Positions 30,064 to 40,091 of a DNA stretch of 64,000 nucleotides are shown in pieces. This stretch comes from Planctomycetota bacterium. GTDB lineage: Bacteria > Planctomycetota > PLA2 > JAEUHO01. Under the pieces are notes generated by a model. That model ran no database searches and was not told the DNA's origin. It saw only the letters and a program-made list of their open reading frames with translations. The first letter of the stretch is position 1; every line of letters starts with the position of its first letter. The stretch spans positions 2,080,001-2,144,000 of the forward strand of contig CBDCTJ010000007.1 of NCBI GenBank assembly GCA_965222115.1, in the 5' to 3' direction. The translations under genes were made by a program, and so were the position numbers.

Positions 30064-33000
30064 ATGAAGATTAAGCGCCTCGAGATTCACGGCTTTAAGT
30101 CCTTTGCCGACCGGCAGGTCTTTGAGTTCGACGACGGTATCTCGGCCATTGTGGGTCCCAACGGCTGCGGCAAGAGCAACGTAGTGGACGCCATCAAGTG
30201 GGTCTTGGGCGATATGAGTCCACGCAGCCTGCGTGGCAAGCGCATGGAAGACGTGATCTTCGCGGGGAGTCGCACGCGCAAGGCGCTGCCACGGGCCGAA
30301 GTCACGCTGATCCTCGATAACGAATCGGGCCTCTTGCCCACCGAACACACGGAAGTGGCTGTTACGCGTCGCCTGCACCGTTCCGGCGATAGCGAGTATC
30401 TGCTAAATCGTGCGACGTGCCGCTTGCGTGATATCCGTGAACTCTTCCTCGACACTGGGCTTGGGCAAGAAGGCAACAGCATTATGGAACAGGGTCAAAT
30501 CGACGCCCTGCTGGCTGCCAATCCCGCCGATCGACGAGGCATTTTCGAAGAGGCCGCGGGCGTGAGCCGCTACAAGCAGCGCCGCAAGGAGGCCGCTAGT
30601 CGCTTGCAGCGCACGGGCGATAATCTTGAGCGTCTGCGCGATGTTCTTGAGCTTGAAGAAAAGCGCCTGCGGTCACTCAAGAATCAGGCCGCCAAGGCGC
30701 GTCGTTTTCAAAGTCTTCGCGAAGAGCTCGCAAAGAAGCGCGTATTGCGAGCCGTTGTTCGCTACCGCGATTTGAGCGCGCAACGTGAGATTGTTGCGAA
30801 GGAGGTTCAGGCGCTTACGGATCGCGAGTCCGAGGCCGCGGGTGAACTGGCCTCTATCGAAGACGCCGCCAAGCAGACCGCCGAGAAGCGTGAAGCGGCA
30901 CAGCAAGCGGTGTTTCAACTGGAGTCGACCATTGCCGGCGCCGCCGCCGACGTTCGATCCGCCAAAGATCGCGCCGAATATGCCACGCGCGACATTGCCG
31001 ATTTGCGCGAACGCATTTCCACGCTGGAAGAGCAAGCAACCGCATCTCGCACACGGGCCGAGGCCTTGCGCACCGAGATCGCAACACTTGAGGCTGTTTC
31101 CTTGACGGCGGCAGAGCGCACGGAAGCTGAGGCCGCGCGCATGAGCGCGGTGGAGTCCGAACTCGCCGGCATCGATCGTGAAGTGAGTCGTATTCGTGAT
31201 GCGCATGACGGCGCAAAACGCGATGCGCTGAATGCACTGAGTGGGCTGGGCGAGTCGCGCAATCTCGAGACCGAGTTGCGCACGGAGCTCAAGCAGGCCG
31301 ATGCGCGTTTGGGGCGATTGTCGGAAAATCGCGCCGAGTTGCGCGTACGAGAAGAGCAGATTCAAAGCGAGATGCGGGAACTCCACACTCTCGCCGCAAG
31401 TTTGGAAGAAGACACCCGCGCACGCGCCGAGGCCCTCGAAGCCGCCGAGCACGAGCGTGCCCGGCTGGTGGCCCAGTTGGAAGCCAAGACCGAGGCGCGC
31501 AACCGCGCGGTGGAAGAACGCGCGACGAAACGTGCGCGTTTGGAAGTACTCGAACGCCTGGCCGCATCGCGCGAGGGGATGGATGCCGGTGCCAAGTTGA
31601 TCATCGATGCGGTTGCCAACCAATCCGTGGATCAGCACGGCGCGCGCGATGGCGTGTTGGGCATACTTGCCGATTTGATTGAGCCATCCCCCGAAATCGC
31701 GGCCGAACTCGATTTGCGCATCGGGCATGCCGGCGGCGCGGTCGTGGTTCGCTCGGCCGAGGACGCGCTGCGCTGGATTCGTTGGTTGCGCGAACATGGC
31801 GATGGTCAACGTGCGCGCTTTCTTTGTCTCGATCTCTTGCGTCGCGCCATTCATCCAAACGAGTCAGAGAGTTCGGATGGGTTGCAAGTGGCCGCACCTC
31901 GAGCGCTGCGAGATGTGGTTCGCTCTGTAGTTGCGAGCACGCGCGTGGTAGAGAATCTAGAAGCCGGGATTCGTTCCTTTCGCGACCACGGCGGCAACGC
32001 GGTTACGCCCCACGGCGATCGCGTTACGTCGTCCGGCGCCATTTTGGGCGGACGTGATCGACCGGCGCTCGGCCTGGTTGGACGTACCGCCGAGTTGCGC
32101 CAACTTCATGATGAAGCCGAACGTCTGACGATCTCAGTGTCGCAGGCCCAAGATGCCATGCGCACGGCGGGCGAAGCGGTGCGTGCGAGCGAAGAACAGA
32201 TTCGACGCATTCGCAAGGAACTCGTCGAAAAGAGCGAGGATCGCACGCGACGTGGCGAGGCGCTCACGCGCGTCGAACGTGAGCAAAAACAAGTCGTCGA
32301 TGCCATGAAGTTGATCGACCTCGAGGTCGATGAGTTCACATCGATGCGCACGGAAACGCTCGCACGCATTGAGACCGTGACGGCCGAAGTTCAGGCTCAC
32401 GAACGCCGTCGTGAGGCGCTGGAAGAGCGCGCCGAGGAAGCCGCGCGCGGCTACGTCGCGATGGAAGCGTCGCGCAAAGAAGCGGCGGAACGTCGCATGC
32501 AAATGATGTTGGCCCTTGCCGAGGCGAAAGCGAAGGCCGAGAGCGCCGAACGTCGCGTGACGCGTGCTCGTGACGAAGCCGCAGCACTGGATGCCCGCGC
32601 CGAAGAGGCCGCTGCAGAATCAAAGGCGCTTGGGGACCGGTTGTCGCGCGCCGAGATCACCGTTACTGAAGCGAACGCCGCGGCTGAGCAGGGCGAGGCG
32701 CTCAAATCGGGTAAAGGAACCGAGTTGCTCGAGGCCCGCAACGTGCTTGCCGCGTGTGACGAGGGGGCGACCGCGGCCGACAAGCGACGCCGCGAAGTCC
32801 AGCGTCTACACGATACGTTGCGCGAAGAACTCGCGGCATGTCGTCTGCGCGAAGGAGAATTCCGCACGCGCCTCGATGCGCTCCTCGAACAGGTCACACA
32901 AGACACCGGCGTAGATCTTGAGCGCGTGGAGGCCGAGGCGGAAGCCACTGAAGATCTCGACCTCGAAGCCATCGACGCCGAAGTGGAGACCATGCGTCGC

Positions 33001-33645
33001 AAACTCGATTCCATCGGTAACGTCAATCTCAACGCCATGGCCGAGCTCGAAGAAGTCGAAACCCATGTGCGCGAGCTTCAGACACAAGAGAAGGATCTAA
33101 TCGAAGCGCGCGTGGGGCTCGAGACGGCCATCAAAGAACTTGACGACATATCGCGCAAGCGTTTCGAGAAAACGTTCTTCGAAGTTCGTGAGAATTTCCG
33201 AACCACGTTCCGGCGGCTCTTTGGTGGTGGTCGTGCCGATGTCCTGCTGGAAGACGCCTCAGACGTTTTGGAGTCGGGCATTGAGATCGTGGCGCGCCCA
33301 CCCGGCAAGGAACAACGCACGATTAGCCTCTTGAGTGGTGGGGAGCGCACACTCACAGCCACGGCACTGTTGTTCGCCGTATTCCAGGCAAAGCCCAGCC
33401 CATTCGCCATTCTCGACGAGGTCGACGCCGCGCTCGACGAAGCCAATGTGCGTCGCTTGATTTCGTTGTTGCGCGAGTTCACCAATCGCACGCAGTTCGT
33501 GGTGATCACTCACGCTAAGTCCACGATGGAAGCTGCGGACTTGCTTTACGGCGTCACCATGGAAGAACCCGGCGTAAGTCGCCGCGTCGCCGTGCGCCTC
33601 ACCGATTGCAATAGCGCCACCCCGGAGCCTGCGGCGGCAGGTTGA
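30064..33645 (+). CDS. smc: Chromosome segregation protein SMC
   Basis: GFKSFAD, Walker A GPNGCGKSN, long coiled coils with hinge, LSGGE signature, Walker B LDEVDAALD, ITH. Confidence 0.97.
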   Translation: MKIKRLEIHGFKSFADRQVFEFDDGISAIVGPNGCGKSNVVDAIKWVLGDMSPRSLRGKRMEDVIFAGSRTRKALPRAEVTLILDNESGLLPTEHTEVAVTRRLHRSGDSEYLLNRATCRLRDIRELFLDTGLGQEGNSIMEQGQIDALLAANPADRRGIFEEAAGVSRYKQRRKEAASRLQRTGDNLERLRDVLELEEKRLRSLKNQAAKARRFQSLREELAKKRVLRAVVRYRDLSAQREIVAKEVQALTDRESEAAGELASIEDAAKQTAEKREAAQQAVFQLESTIAGAAADVRSAKDRAEYATRDIADLRERISTLEEQATASRTRAEALRTEIATLEAVSLTAAERTEAEAARMSAVESELAGIDREVSRIRDAHDGAKRDALNALSGLGESRNLETELRTELKQADARLGRLSENRAELRVREEQIQSEMRELHTLAASLEEDTRARAEALEAAEHERARLVAQLEAKTEARNRAVEERATKRARLEVLERLAASREGMDAGAKLIIDAVANQSVDQHGARDGVLGILADLIEPSPEIAAELDLRIGHAGGAVVVRSAEDALRWIRWLREHGDGQRARFLCLDLLRRAIHPNESESSDGLQVAAPRALRDVVRSVVASTRVVENLEAGIRSFRDHGGNAVTPHGDRVTSSGAILGGRDRPALGLVGRTAELRQLHDEAERLTISVSQAQDAMRTAGEAVRASEEQIRRIRKELVEKSEDRTRRGEALTRVEREQKQVVDAMKLIDLEVDEFTSMRTETLARIETVTAEVQAHERRREALEERAEEAARGYVAMEASRKEAAERRMQMMLALAEAKAKAESAERRVTRARDEAAALDARAEEAAAESKALGDRLSRAEITVTEANAAAEQGEALKSGKGTELLEARNVLAACDEGATAADKRRREVQRLHDTLREELAACRLREGEFRTRLDALLEQVTQDTGVDLERVEAEAEATEDLDLEAIDAEVETMRRKLDSIGNVNLNAMAELEEVETHVRELQTQEKDLIEARVGLETAIKELDDISRKRFEKTFFEVRENFRTTFRRLFGGGRADVLLEDASDVLESGIEIVARPPGKEQRTISLLSGGERTLTATALLFAVFQAKPSPFAILDEVDAALDEANVRRLISLLREFTNRTQFVVITHAKSTMEAADLLYGVTMEEPGVSRRVAVRLTDCNSATPEPAAAG

Positions 33646-33713
33646 GTTGAGGCGTGAGGTAAACGCACAATTCGTGCCGGGAACAAGGGAGGGAGTTCCG
33701 CTACCATTGAGGC

Positions 33714-34652
33714 GTGATTGACCGACCGGAACAGCAGAACGGCGATGGGCGCGAGAAGGACGAGGATACATTTCGCCTTGCGCCGGATGACACACCGCCA
33801 CCGGTACCTGCACGATCAATAGAGGCGGCGCCTGCTGCCCGGATTCTAGCACCCGCGATCGATGTGGATGTGGTGGGGGGTGAGCCTGAGATTGATGACC
33901 GCACCCTGGCAGAGAAACAGGGCAAAGAACGCGCAAGCGCACTCGACGTCTTGCCGAAGCCCGATGGCTGGCCTGGCGAAAGTCTGGTGTTCCCGTTTCG
34001 AAAGCCAGGGCCCGCCCTGCTTGGGGCTCTCACAGTTGTAATGATACTCTTGGATGTGCTGGGTGCATTCGAGGGTGTGCGCTTCTTATCGTGGTTGTTC
34101 AAAGTGCTGGCGTATGCATTTGTGCTGGGGACGCAACTCGCTGTGATTTCGTCGTCCGCCTCGGGCGACGACGTCCCCCGTGTATCCAATCGCGCGTCGG
34201 AAAAGACCGACGCATCGTCAATGCGCCGGTACGGATTCTTTATTGGGTGCTGCGTGATTCCCTTGATTGCCTTTGCCTATCTCATGCAGCGCTTTGATTG
34301 GATGCTATGGAGCGGTTTGGCAGCCGTTGTATTCCTTTGTCTTTACCAATCGGCGTGGGCATTGGGAGCCGCGCTGAACGACCATCGCATCAAGTATCCG
34401 TGGCACGCAATTCCTATGATCTTCAAGGCACCCCTCACTTGCATCGTTGGCGCGCTCGGACTTGTTGGTTGCCTCGTAGCAGAATGGGTTCATTTGTCGG
34501 TCAATGGGAACGGCCTCGGTCAAGTGCTCGCGGCGAGTATTCCGCTACGTTTCGTAGCGGCGTATCTGCTTGTGTTCTCCGCCCGCTGGTTGGGTGTGCT
34601 GGGGCGTTCGTGGGCGGCCGGAACGATGGCTGCCGGCTATGGGGAGGCGTGA
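33714..34652 (+). CDS. Integral membrane protein (about 6 TM) with acidic N-terminus
   Basis: Multiple hydrophobic helices after a D/E/P-rich N-terminus; RBS GAGG. Confidence 0.7.
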   Translation: MIDRPEQQNGDGREKDEDTFRLAPDDTPPPVPARSIEAAPAARILAPAIDVDVVGGEPEIDDRTLAEKQGKERASALDVLPKPDGWPGESLVFPFRKPGPALLGALTVVMILLDVLGAFEGVRFLSWLFKVLAYAFVLGTQLAVISSSASGDDVPRVSNRASEKTDASSMRRYGFFIGCCVIPLIAFAYLMQRFDWMLWSGLAAVVFLCLYQSAWALGAALNDHRIKYPWHAIPMIFKAPLTCIVGALGLVGCLVAEWVHLSVNGNGLGQVLAASIPLRFVAAYLLVFSARWLGVLGRSWAAGTMAAGYGEA

Positions 34653-34657
34653 GGTCC

Positions 34658-34999
34658 CTATTCGGTTGTCACCTTCTCCAGCAAGATGAACCACGAGCCA
34701 CCGAGGTTGGTTACGGAGACCGCGTCACTGGTGCGCACGATGCGAAACCCCTGTTCGGCCATGGTGTCCAGCGCACTTTGAAGTAGGACGCCGCCGGGCG
34801 GGGCGCCGTCGTACCAAGCCTTGGCCGTGGAGCCGATGCCGGCCACGCTGATGTGCCGCATTTCAACCGTCTGTTTCTTCGAATCGGCATGGCTGGCTCG
34901 TGGACCAATGAAATAGAGGCCCGCAAATACAACGGCAGCCAGTGCGAAGACCCACGTGCTGTTGCGGCGTGCAGAATGGCGAATCTGAGCTGGAGACAT
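34658..34999 (-). CDS. Small exported hypothetical protein
   Basis: Signal-like RRNSTWVFALAAVVFAGLYF..SHA; RBS AAGGA. Confidence 0.6.
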   Translation of the reverse strand: MSPAQIRHSARRNSTWVFALAAVVFAGLYFIGPRASHADSKKQTVEMRHISVAGIGSTAKAWYDGAPPGGVLLQSALDTMAEQGFRIVRTSDAVSVTNLGGSWFILLEKVTTE

Positions 35000-35114
35000 G
35001 ACGATTCCTTTTGGGCTTGTAGAACTCTTGGCGAGGCGTCGCGTTCGATCCACGTAGGATCACGTACCCGATTGTCGCATACCTACCGCCAAATCCCTCG
35101 GGAGCCATTCGCCC

Positions 35115-35516
35115 ATGTCCGAGTCGCCACACGTCACCATTACGCGCCTGGTTATGCCAGGCCAGGCCAACTTCCACGGCAGCCTCTTTGGCGGCGTGGT
35201 ACTGAGTTTGATGGACGAGGCCGCCGCGGTACTCGCAACGCGTGTTGCCAAAGGCGCGTGCGTAACAGCTCACATCGCCTCGGTCGATTTTCAGGCGCCC
35301 ATTTGGGTGGGCGAGGCGGTCCAAGTGACAGCGCGACTCATCAAGATCGGCAATACGTCCATGCGATTGCGTGTGAGTGCGGTGGGTGAGAACCTGGCGA
35401 CAGGCACGCATCGACAATGTACCGAGGCGGAGTTCGTCATGGTGGCAACCGACAAAGAAGGCCGTCCGCGGCCGGTTCCTAAACTCGAGACCCACGACGA
35501 ACGCAATGGCGGGTAA
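35115..35516 (+). CDS. Acyl-CoA thioesterase (hotdog fold, YciA-like)
   Basis: VMPGQANFHGSLFGG..LSLMDEAA, VTAHI..VDF..P, GNTSM, FVMVA. Confidence 0.92.
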   Translation: MSESPHVTITRLVMPGQANFHGSLFGGVVLSLMDEAAAVLATRVAKGACVTAHIASVDFQAPIWVGEAVQVTARLIKIGNTSMRLRVSAVGENLATGTHRQCTEAEFVMVATDKEGRPRPVPKLETHDERNGG

Positions 35517-35561
35517 GATTGGGGTGCATCCAAACGGCTCCACGGCTAATTGGGAGGTCCT

Positions 35562-35792
35562 ATGGTTGACGCAAAGAAGGTCAAGGCCTGGCTCGACGAG
35601 AAAGTCGGTACCGTGCGCTGCACGCTCTGCAGGAGCACCGACATCAACATCAGCCGCGACCTGCTCACGCTACCGCTCGACGATCCCAATCCTCAGAAGG
35701 GGAAGACCACGCCGGTCGTGGTTGTACGCCTCCGATGTGGCCACTGCGCACACATCATGCTGCTCCACGCACGAAGCATAGGCGTGTTTTAG
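35562..35792 (+). CDS. Small zinc-ribbon protein
   Basis: CTLC and CGHC pairs; RBS GGAGG. Confidence 0.7.
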   Translation: MVDAKKVKAWLDEKVGTVRCTLCRSTDINISRDLLTLPLDDPNPQKGKTTPVVVVRLRCGHCAHIMLLHARSIGVF

Positions 35793-35802
35793 GCTCAGAC
35801 GG

Positions 35803-36336
35803 GTGTCGAATCACTCACGTCGTCTATTCCACTACAGTGAAGATCCGAGCATCCGGCGTTTTGTGCCCCATGTCCCAAAGACGAATCCAAATCAGCTACC
35901 CGCGGTATGGGCGATAGACGAAACGCATGCGCCGCTCTATTGGTTTCCTCGCGATTGTCCACGTGGCACGGTGTGGGGGCGTGACCAACGCGAGGTCTCA
36001 CTGTTGCAGTCATTGTTTCACACCTCGTCCCACAGACTTCATGTTACCGAGTCAACCTGGCGCGATCGTATCTGGCGTTGTGAGCTGTATCGATACTCGT
36101 TTTCGGCCGAGACGTTTCTCCCCTGGCCAGATGCCTTTGGCACCTACGTATCTCATTCGACGGTTTCGCCGTTACATGTAGAGCCAATCCATGCACTGAT
36201 TCAACGCCATGAGGACGCAGGAATCGAACTTCGATTCGTCAACAACGTTTGGCCGTTTTGGGACGCAGTCGTCGCAAGCGGGCTTCCTTTTAGTGGTGTA
36301 CGACTCTCGCTCGCAAAACGTCGTGCGGCCGACTAA
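35803..36336 (+). CDS. DUF6886-like protein
   Basis: LFHYSEDPSI..FVP, VWAIDE.H..LYWFPRDCPR, LYRYSF, GIELR (family recalled from memory). Confidence 0.7.
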   Translation: MSNHSRRLFHYSEDPSIRRFVPHVPKTNPNQLPAVWAIDETHAPLYWFPRDCPRGTVWGRDQREVSLLQSLFHTSSHRLHVTESTWRDRIWRCELYRYSFSAETFLPWPDAFGTYVSHSTVSPLHVEPIHALIQRHEDAGIELRFVNNVWPFWDAVVASGLPFSGVRLSLAKRRAAD

Positions 36337-37334
36337 CAAACAAATAGAAGATTTTCCGGTTCACGCAGTCCAGCCGCGCGCGTCACGGCGCGAATGTCCT
36401 CGCGCCCTTGGCCGCCAAGCGTGGAAACGGAGAAGTGGCTCGAGTTTAGCTCTGACGGTGCAAAGGCCTTGAGTGTGTGACCGTGAATCGTGGCGCCTAC
36501 GCGGCTTTCGCGGTAGGCGTAGATGTTCGCGATATTGATGCCAGCGGTCGTAAACGCGTTGCACCACTTCTTGCCTTCTCGGCCATAGCCGATGACGTCA
36601 ATGGGACGCGTGCACGCACGCAGCATTGGAATGAGGTGCTTGAGTTTTAGATCGCGAAACTGGCGCTGGGCGTAACGTCCGTCGAGGCGCGAATGACGCG
36701 CGTCATGGTCCCGCCAATCGAGCAAGACGTCGGGGAGTTTTTGGAATCGGGCGCCATGGCCGGCGGCTCGAAGAAAGAACTCGTAGTCTTCCGGGAAAGG
36801 ACTATCGACGTAACCGCCAAGCGCATCGGCAAGCGTTCGGCGAAATGCGCATGCGGGATTGGGCATGACACACTCAATGAAGCGGCTGGCCATAATGGCG
36901 TCGTGGGTGTGGAGCCCATTGATCCACCCTTCGTAGGCTTCCATACCTTCGCTCAATCGATCCCGCGGTATGTAGCGAATGCCATGCGCAAAGTAATCAA
37001 TGTCGGGTGACGCGTCTGCGGCGTGAACCAGTGCTTCAACGCGGCTCGGATGGGCAACGTCATCGCCGTCCATCCGAATGAGCAGGTCCCCCTGCGCGCG
37101 TACGAGCAGCCGATTCGCCGTAGCGATAATGTCCTTGTGCTCCCCGGAATCGATCGATATTCGTGCATCGTGAGCCGCATACGAATTGGCAATCGCCAAC
37201 GACTCATCCGTTGATCCATCGTCTTGAATCAGCAATTCAAACTCGGGGTGGGTCTGAGCTAGGATGCTCTCAATGGCTGCCCGCAAGAAGGGCGCTTCGT
37301 TGTAGACGGGCATCATGACCGACACGCGCGTCAT
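36333..37334 (-). CDS. GT2 glycosyltransferase with C-terminal Rossmann-like domain (QTGAL/B3GNTL1-like)
   Basis: VSVMMPVYN, DDGSTD, RMDGDD, YEGWINGL, PEDYEFF, LLDWRDH, IGYGREGK; start overlaps the queG stop (ATGA). Confidence 0.9.
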   Translation of the reverse strand: MTRVSVMMPVYNEAPFLRAAIESILAQTHPEFELLIQDDGSTDESLAIANSYAAHDARISIDSGEHKDIIATANRLLVRAQGDLLIRMDGDDVAHPSRVEALVHAADASPDIDYFAHGIRYIPRDRLSEGMEAYEGWINGLHTHDAIMASRFIECVMPNPACAFRRTLADALGGYVDSPFPEDYEFFLRAAGHGARFQKLPDVLLDWRDHDARHSRLDGRYAQRQFRDLKLKHLIPMLRACTRPIDVIGYGREGKKWCNAFTTAGINIANIYAYRESRVGATIHGHTLKAFAPSELNSSHFSVSTLGGQGREDIRAVTRAAGLREPENLLFVC

Positions 37335-38470
37335 TCGTGAGTCCCCGTAGAAAGAACAGCCGCGGCTTCTTTGCGCACCCACTCATGCGAATCACCTGCG
37401 ACGAGTTCATTCGCTTTGCCATGCGCCGAGTTCGGTGCGAGATGCTCCAACGCCCACAACGCGTGCGTTCGTACGAGCGCTTCGGGATCCTTCAGGCATG
37501 CCTCCAACGCAGGCACGCAGTCCATACAGTCGATATTGCGCGCGACCACGGCGGCGTTTCTCAGGAGCCCCGCGCGTCCTGGCCGTTGGAGCGGCGTGCC
37601 CCGAAAGCGTTCGTCAAACTCGGCGTCGGTGCGCATGGAAAGCACATCCGCGAGATCGACGTGCATTCCTACACCCCGATCCGGGGCAAATTCGGGCCAC
37701 GCAGGCGGTGCATCGAACCGATTGAATGGACACACGTCTTGGCACACATCGCAACCGAAGATCCATGCGCCCATGGCGGTTCGGAGTGAACGTGGAATGG
37801 GCTCTTGGCTTTCAATCGTGAGATACGAAATGCACTTTCGGGCGTCCAATACATAGGGCTCGGGAAACGCATCGGTGGGGCAGGCCGGGATGCAGTCATT
37901 GCACGTTCCACAATGACCGTCGCTCGGCGTGTTCATCCGCTCAAGTTCGGCTTCCACAATCAGTTCGGCTAAGAAGAACCATGACCCTCGCCGCGGCAGC
38001 AGGAGGCAGGTGTTCTTACCGAAGAATCCAAGTCCGGCTCGGGCTGCAAAAGCGCGTTCTAGGATCGGCGAGTAGTCGCTAGCTACCTTTGTTCGTCCAA
38101 GATTGGCGTTATCTGCGGCGAGTGCAGTCGCAAGCTCGCGCAGGCGCGGAATGATTACGTCGTGGTAATCCAGGCCCCAGGCATAGCGCGCTACGCGACC
38201 GAAGCGCTGCTCATGCTGAAACGCCGGTGCCGGGTGCCAATACGGCACGGCAAAGCAGAGCACACTACCTGCGGTCTTGTGAATCGTCTTTGGCGTCGCG
38301 CGTTGCGGCGGGTCGCGGTCCATATAATGCATGGAGCCCGCAAAGCCGCGTTCACACCATGACTCCAGGCGCACCAACGCGTCGGAAACCGGCTTACCCG
38401 ATGTAACGCCAACCAAGTCAAAGCCGAACGACCGTGCCGTAGCCTTGATGCGGGCTTGAAGATCGTTCAC
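37331..38470 (-). CDS. queG: tRNA epoxyqueuosine reductase
   Basis: VARYAWGLDYH, PILERAFA..AGLG..GKN, GSWFFL, CGTCNDCIPACPT, CISYLTIE, FGCDVCQDVCPFN, LRNAAV. Confidence 0.97.
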   Translation of the reverse strand: MNDLQARIKATARSFGFDLVGVTSGKPVSDALVRLESWCERGFAGSMHYMDRDPPQRATPKTIHKTAGSVLCFAVPYWHPAPAFQHEQRFGRVARYAWGLDYHDVIIPRLRELATALAADNANLGRTKVASDYSPILERAFAARAGLGFFGKNTCLLLPRRGSWFFLAELIVEAELERMNTPSDGHCGTCNDCIPACPTDAFPEPYVLDARKCISYLTIESQEPIPRSLRTAMGAWIFGCDVCQDVCPFNRFDAPPAWPEFAPDRGVGMHVDLADVLSMRTDAEFDERFRGTPLQRPGRAGLLRNAAVVARNIDCMDCVPALEACLKDPEALVRTHALWALEHLAPNSAHGKANELVAGDSHEWVRKEAAAVLSTGTHE

Positions 38471-39525
38471 GCGTCTTCTCGAGCGCGAGACGAGAGCAAC
38501 ATCGCATCGCCATAGGAGTAGAAGCGGTAACGCTCACTGACCGCATGCTTATAGGCGCGCATGATTGTTTCATGTCCGGCGAATGCTGAGACGAGGGCCA
38601 AAAGCGTGGAGCGCGGCAGATGAAAGTTGGTGAATAGCGCATCTACGATATTGAATCGATACCCCGGTTGAATCAGAAGATTCGTTGATTGCTCGCCACG
38701 ATCTATCGTGCCATCGGACTTTGTAGCAGCTTCAAGTGCGCGCACCGTCGTCGTTCCCACTGCAACGATGCGACGCTTCTCCTTGCGAGCCCGTTCTAAC
38801 GCTGTAGCACACGCGTCGCTAATGGAGTAGCGCTCCGTGTGCATATCGTGATCATCCAAATCATCGGTGCGGACGGCGGCAAACGTGCCGCGCCCCACGT
38901 GCAGCGTAACGAACTGAATCTCGATGCCCTTGGCCTGTAGCGCAGCGAAGAGTTCCTGAGTGAAATGCAGACCGGCTGTGGGTGCTGCAATCGCCCCTTC
39001 TGCTTCAGCAAATGTTGTTTGATAGCGCGATTTGTCCATGGGCGCGCGCGCGTCGTTGGCCACGCGCCGTATGTAGGGCGGAAGTGGCATGGATCCGTTC
39101 ATTCTCATGAACTCAGTGAGCGACGTGGTTGCCGGCGTAACGGTCCACTCGCCGCCACCGTGAGACGCCACCAGGACAACGGTATCCTGATCATCAAACC
39201 GAAGTCGATCGCCCGTCTTTAGCCGTTTGCTGCCTCGCAACAAGACGCGCCATGCATCCTCACCCGCATCCGCATCGCGCTCCAAGAACAGGGCATCGAC
39301 GGCGCCTCCGGTCGCGCGGTGAAACGTGACTTTGGCGGGCAAGACGCGCGTGTTGTTGAGCACCAAAACGTCGGATGCATCGAGCCACGTGGGGAGTGCG
39401 CGCACCGTCGAATCGATGAACGCGTCGGAATCAACCACCAGCATGCGCCCGCCATCACGTGTCGGCGCCGGTTCTTGGGCGATGAGCTCCGGTGGCAGGT
39501 CGTAGTCAAGTTCATCGAGTCGCAT
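38467..39525 (-). CDS. queA: S-adenosylmethionine:tRNA ribosyltransferase-isomerase
   Basis: DYDLPPELIAQEP, NNTRVLPA, PLPPYIRR, YQT, AAPTAGLHF, TLHVG.GTF, VGTTTVRALE, TNFHLPRSTL, YRFYSYGDAM. Confidence 0.98.
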   Translation of the reverse strand: MRLDELDYDLPPELIAQEPAPTRDGGRMLVVDSDAFIDSTVRALPTWLDASDVLVLNNTRVLPAKVTFHRATGGAVDALFLERDADAGEDAWRVLLRGSKRLKTGDRLRFDDQDTVVLVASHGGGEWTVTPATTSLTEFMRMNGSMPLPPYIRRVANDARAPMDKSRYQTTFAEAEGAIAAPTAGLHFTQELFAALQAKGIEIQFVTLHVGRGTFAAVRTDDLDDHDMHTERYSISDACATALERARKEKRRIVAVGTTTVRALEAATKSDGTIDRGEQSTNLLIQPGYRFNIVDALFTNFHLPRSTLLALVSAFAGHETIMRAYKHAVSERYRFYSYGDAMLLSSRAREDA

Positions 39526-39605
39526 GGCGGCGAATCAGCGTATCGCCGGGATTGGCAATCATGCCAATTCATAGGAGTCGGGCAGGATTGCGCTAAAACG
39601 TTGCC

Positions 39606-39938
39606 ATGATCATCCAGCGCGAAGTCACCAAGTACTCCATTCAGCTCTTCGGAGGCGCCGACGGAAACGCCGACGTGATTGGGGCTATCTCCCTCAGCAT
39701 TGGGGACGCAGGGGCCGTCCTGCGCTTTGTACGGCAGGAAGTCCCGGTGCCGGTCAATACCATCGTGACGCTTCCAACCGGCAAGAAGCACTACTACGTG
39801 AACTACTCTGAACGACAGCTTGCCATCGTGATCGACGTTCTGCGCAATGAGTCACCGGTTTGGTTCCTCTACAACGAGTCCACGAACGCGGGTTACCTCA
39901 CCGCTCGAGAGGAACCCACGGGCGAGGGTGAGGGCTAG
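39606..39938 (+). CDS. Hypothetical protein
   Basis: 110-aa ORF with coding-like codon use; IDVLRNESPV..., ends EEPTGEGEG. Confidence 0.7.
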   Translation: MIIQREVTKYSIQLFGGADGNADVIGAISLSIGDAGAVLRFVRQEVPVPVNTIVTLPTGKKHYYVNYSERQLAIVIDVLRNESPVWFLYNESTNAGYLTAREEPTGEGEG

Positions 39939-40091
39939 CCCCCTGGTATTCCCCCTGGGGTTGCTGCTAGACTTACACACGCTCATCCTCCGTTGACGGT
40001 CGATATGCGCTTGCGCGTCTCACAAGGAGGCGTAGGGCGCGCAGGTTGATGTCATTCTCCTCCGTGAACGTGTCGGCAGAATGGCCGACGG

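Noticed and set aside
29820-30074. ORF with FKFNL pentapeptide-like repeats
   Set aside because: It is the translation of the 15-bp DNA repeat, with no RBS or other coding signal.
30673-31854. Long antisense ORFs such as 544-1524, 30673-31854 and 48293-49492
   Set aside because: Shadows of well-supported genes on the other strand, expected in GC-rich DNA, with no motifs of their own.
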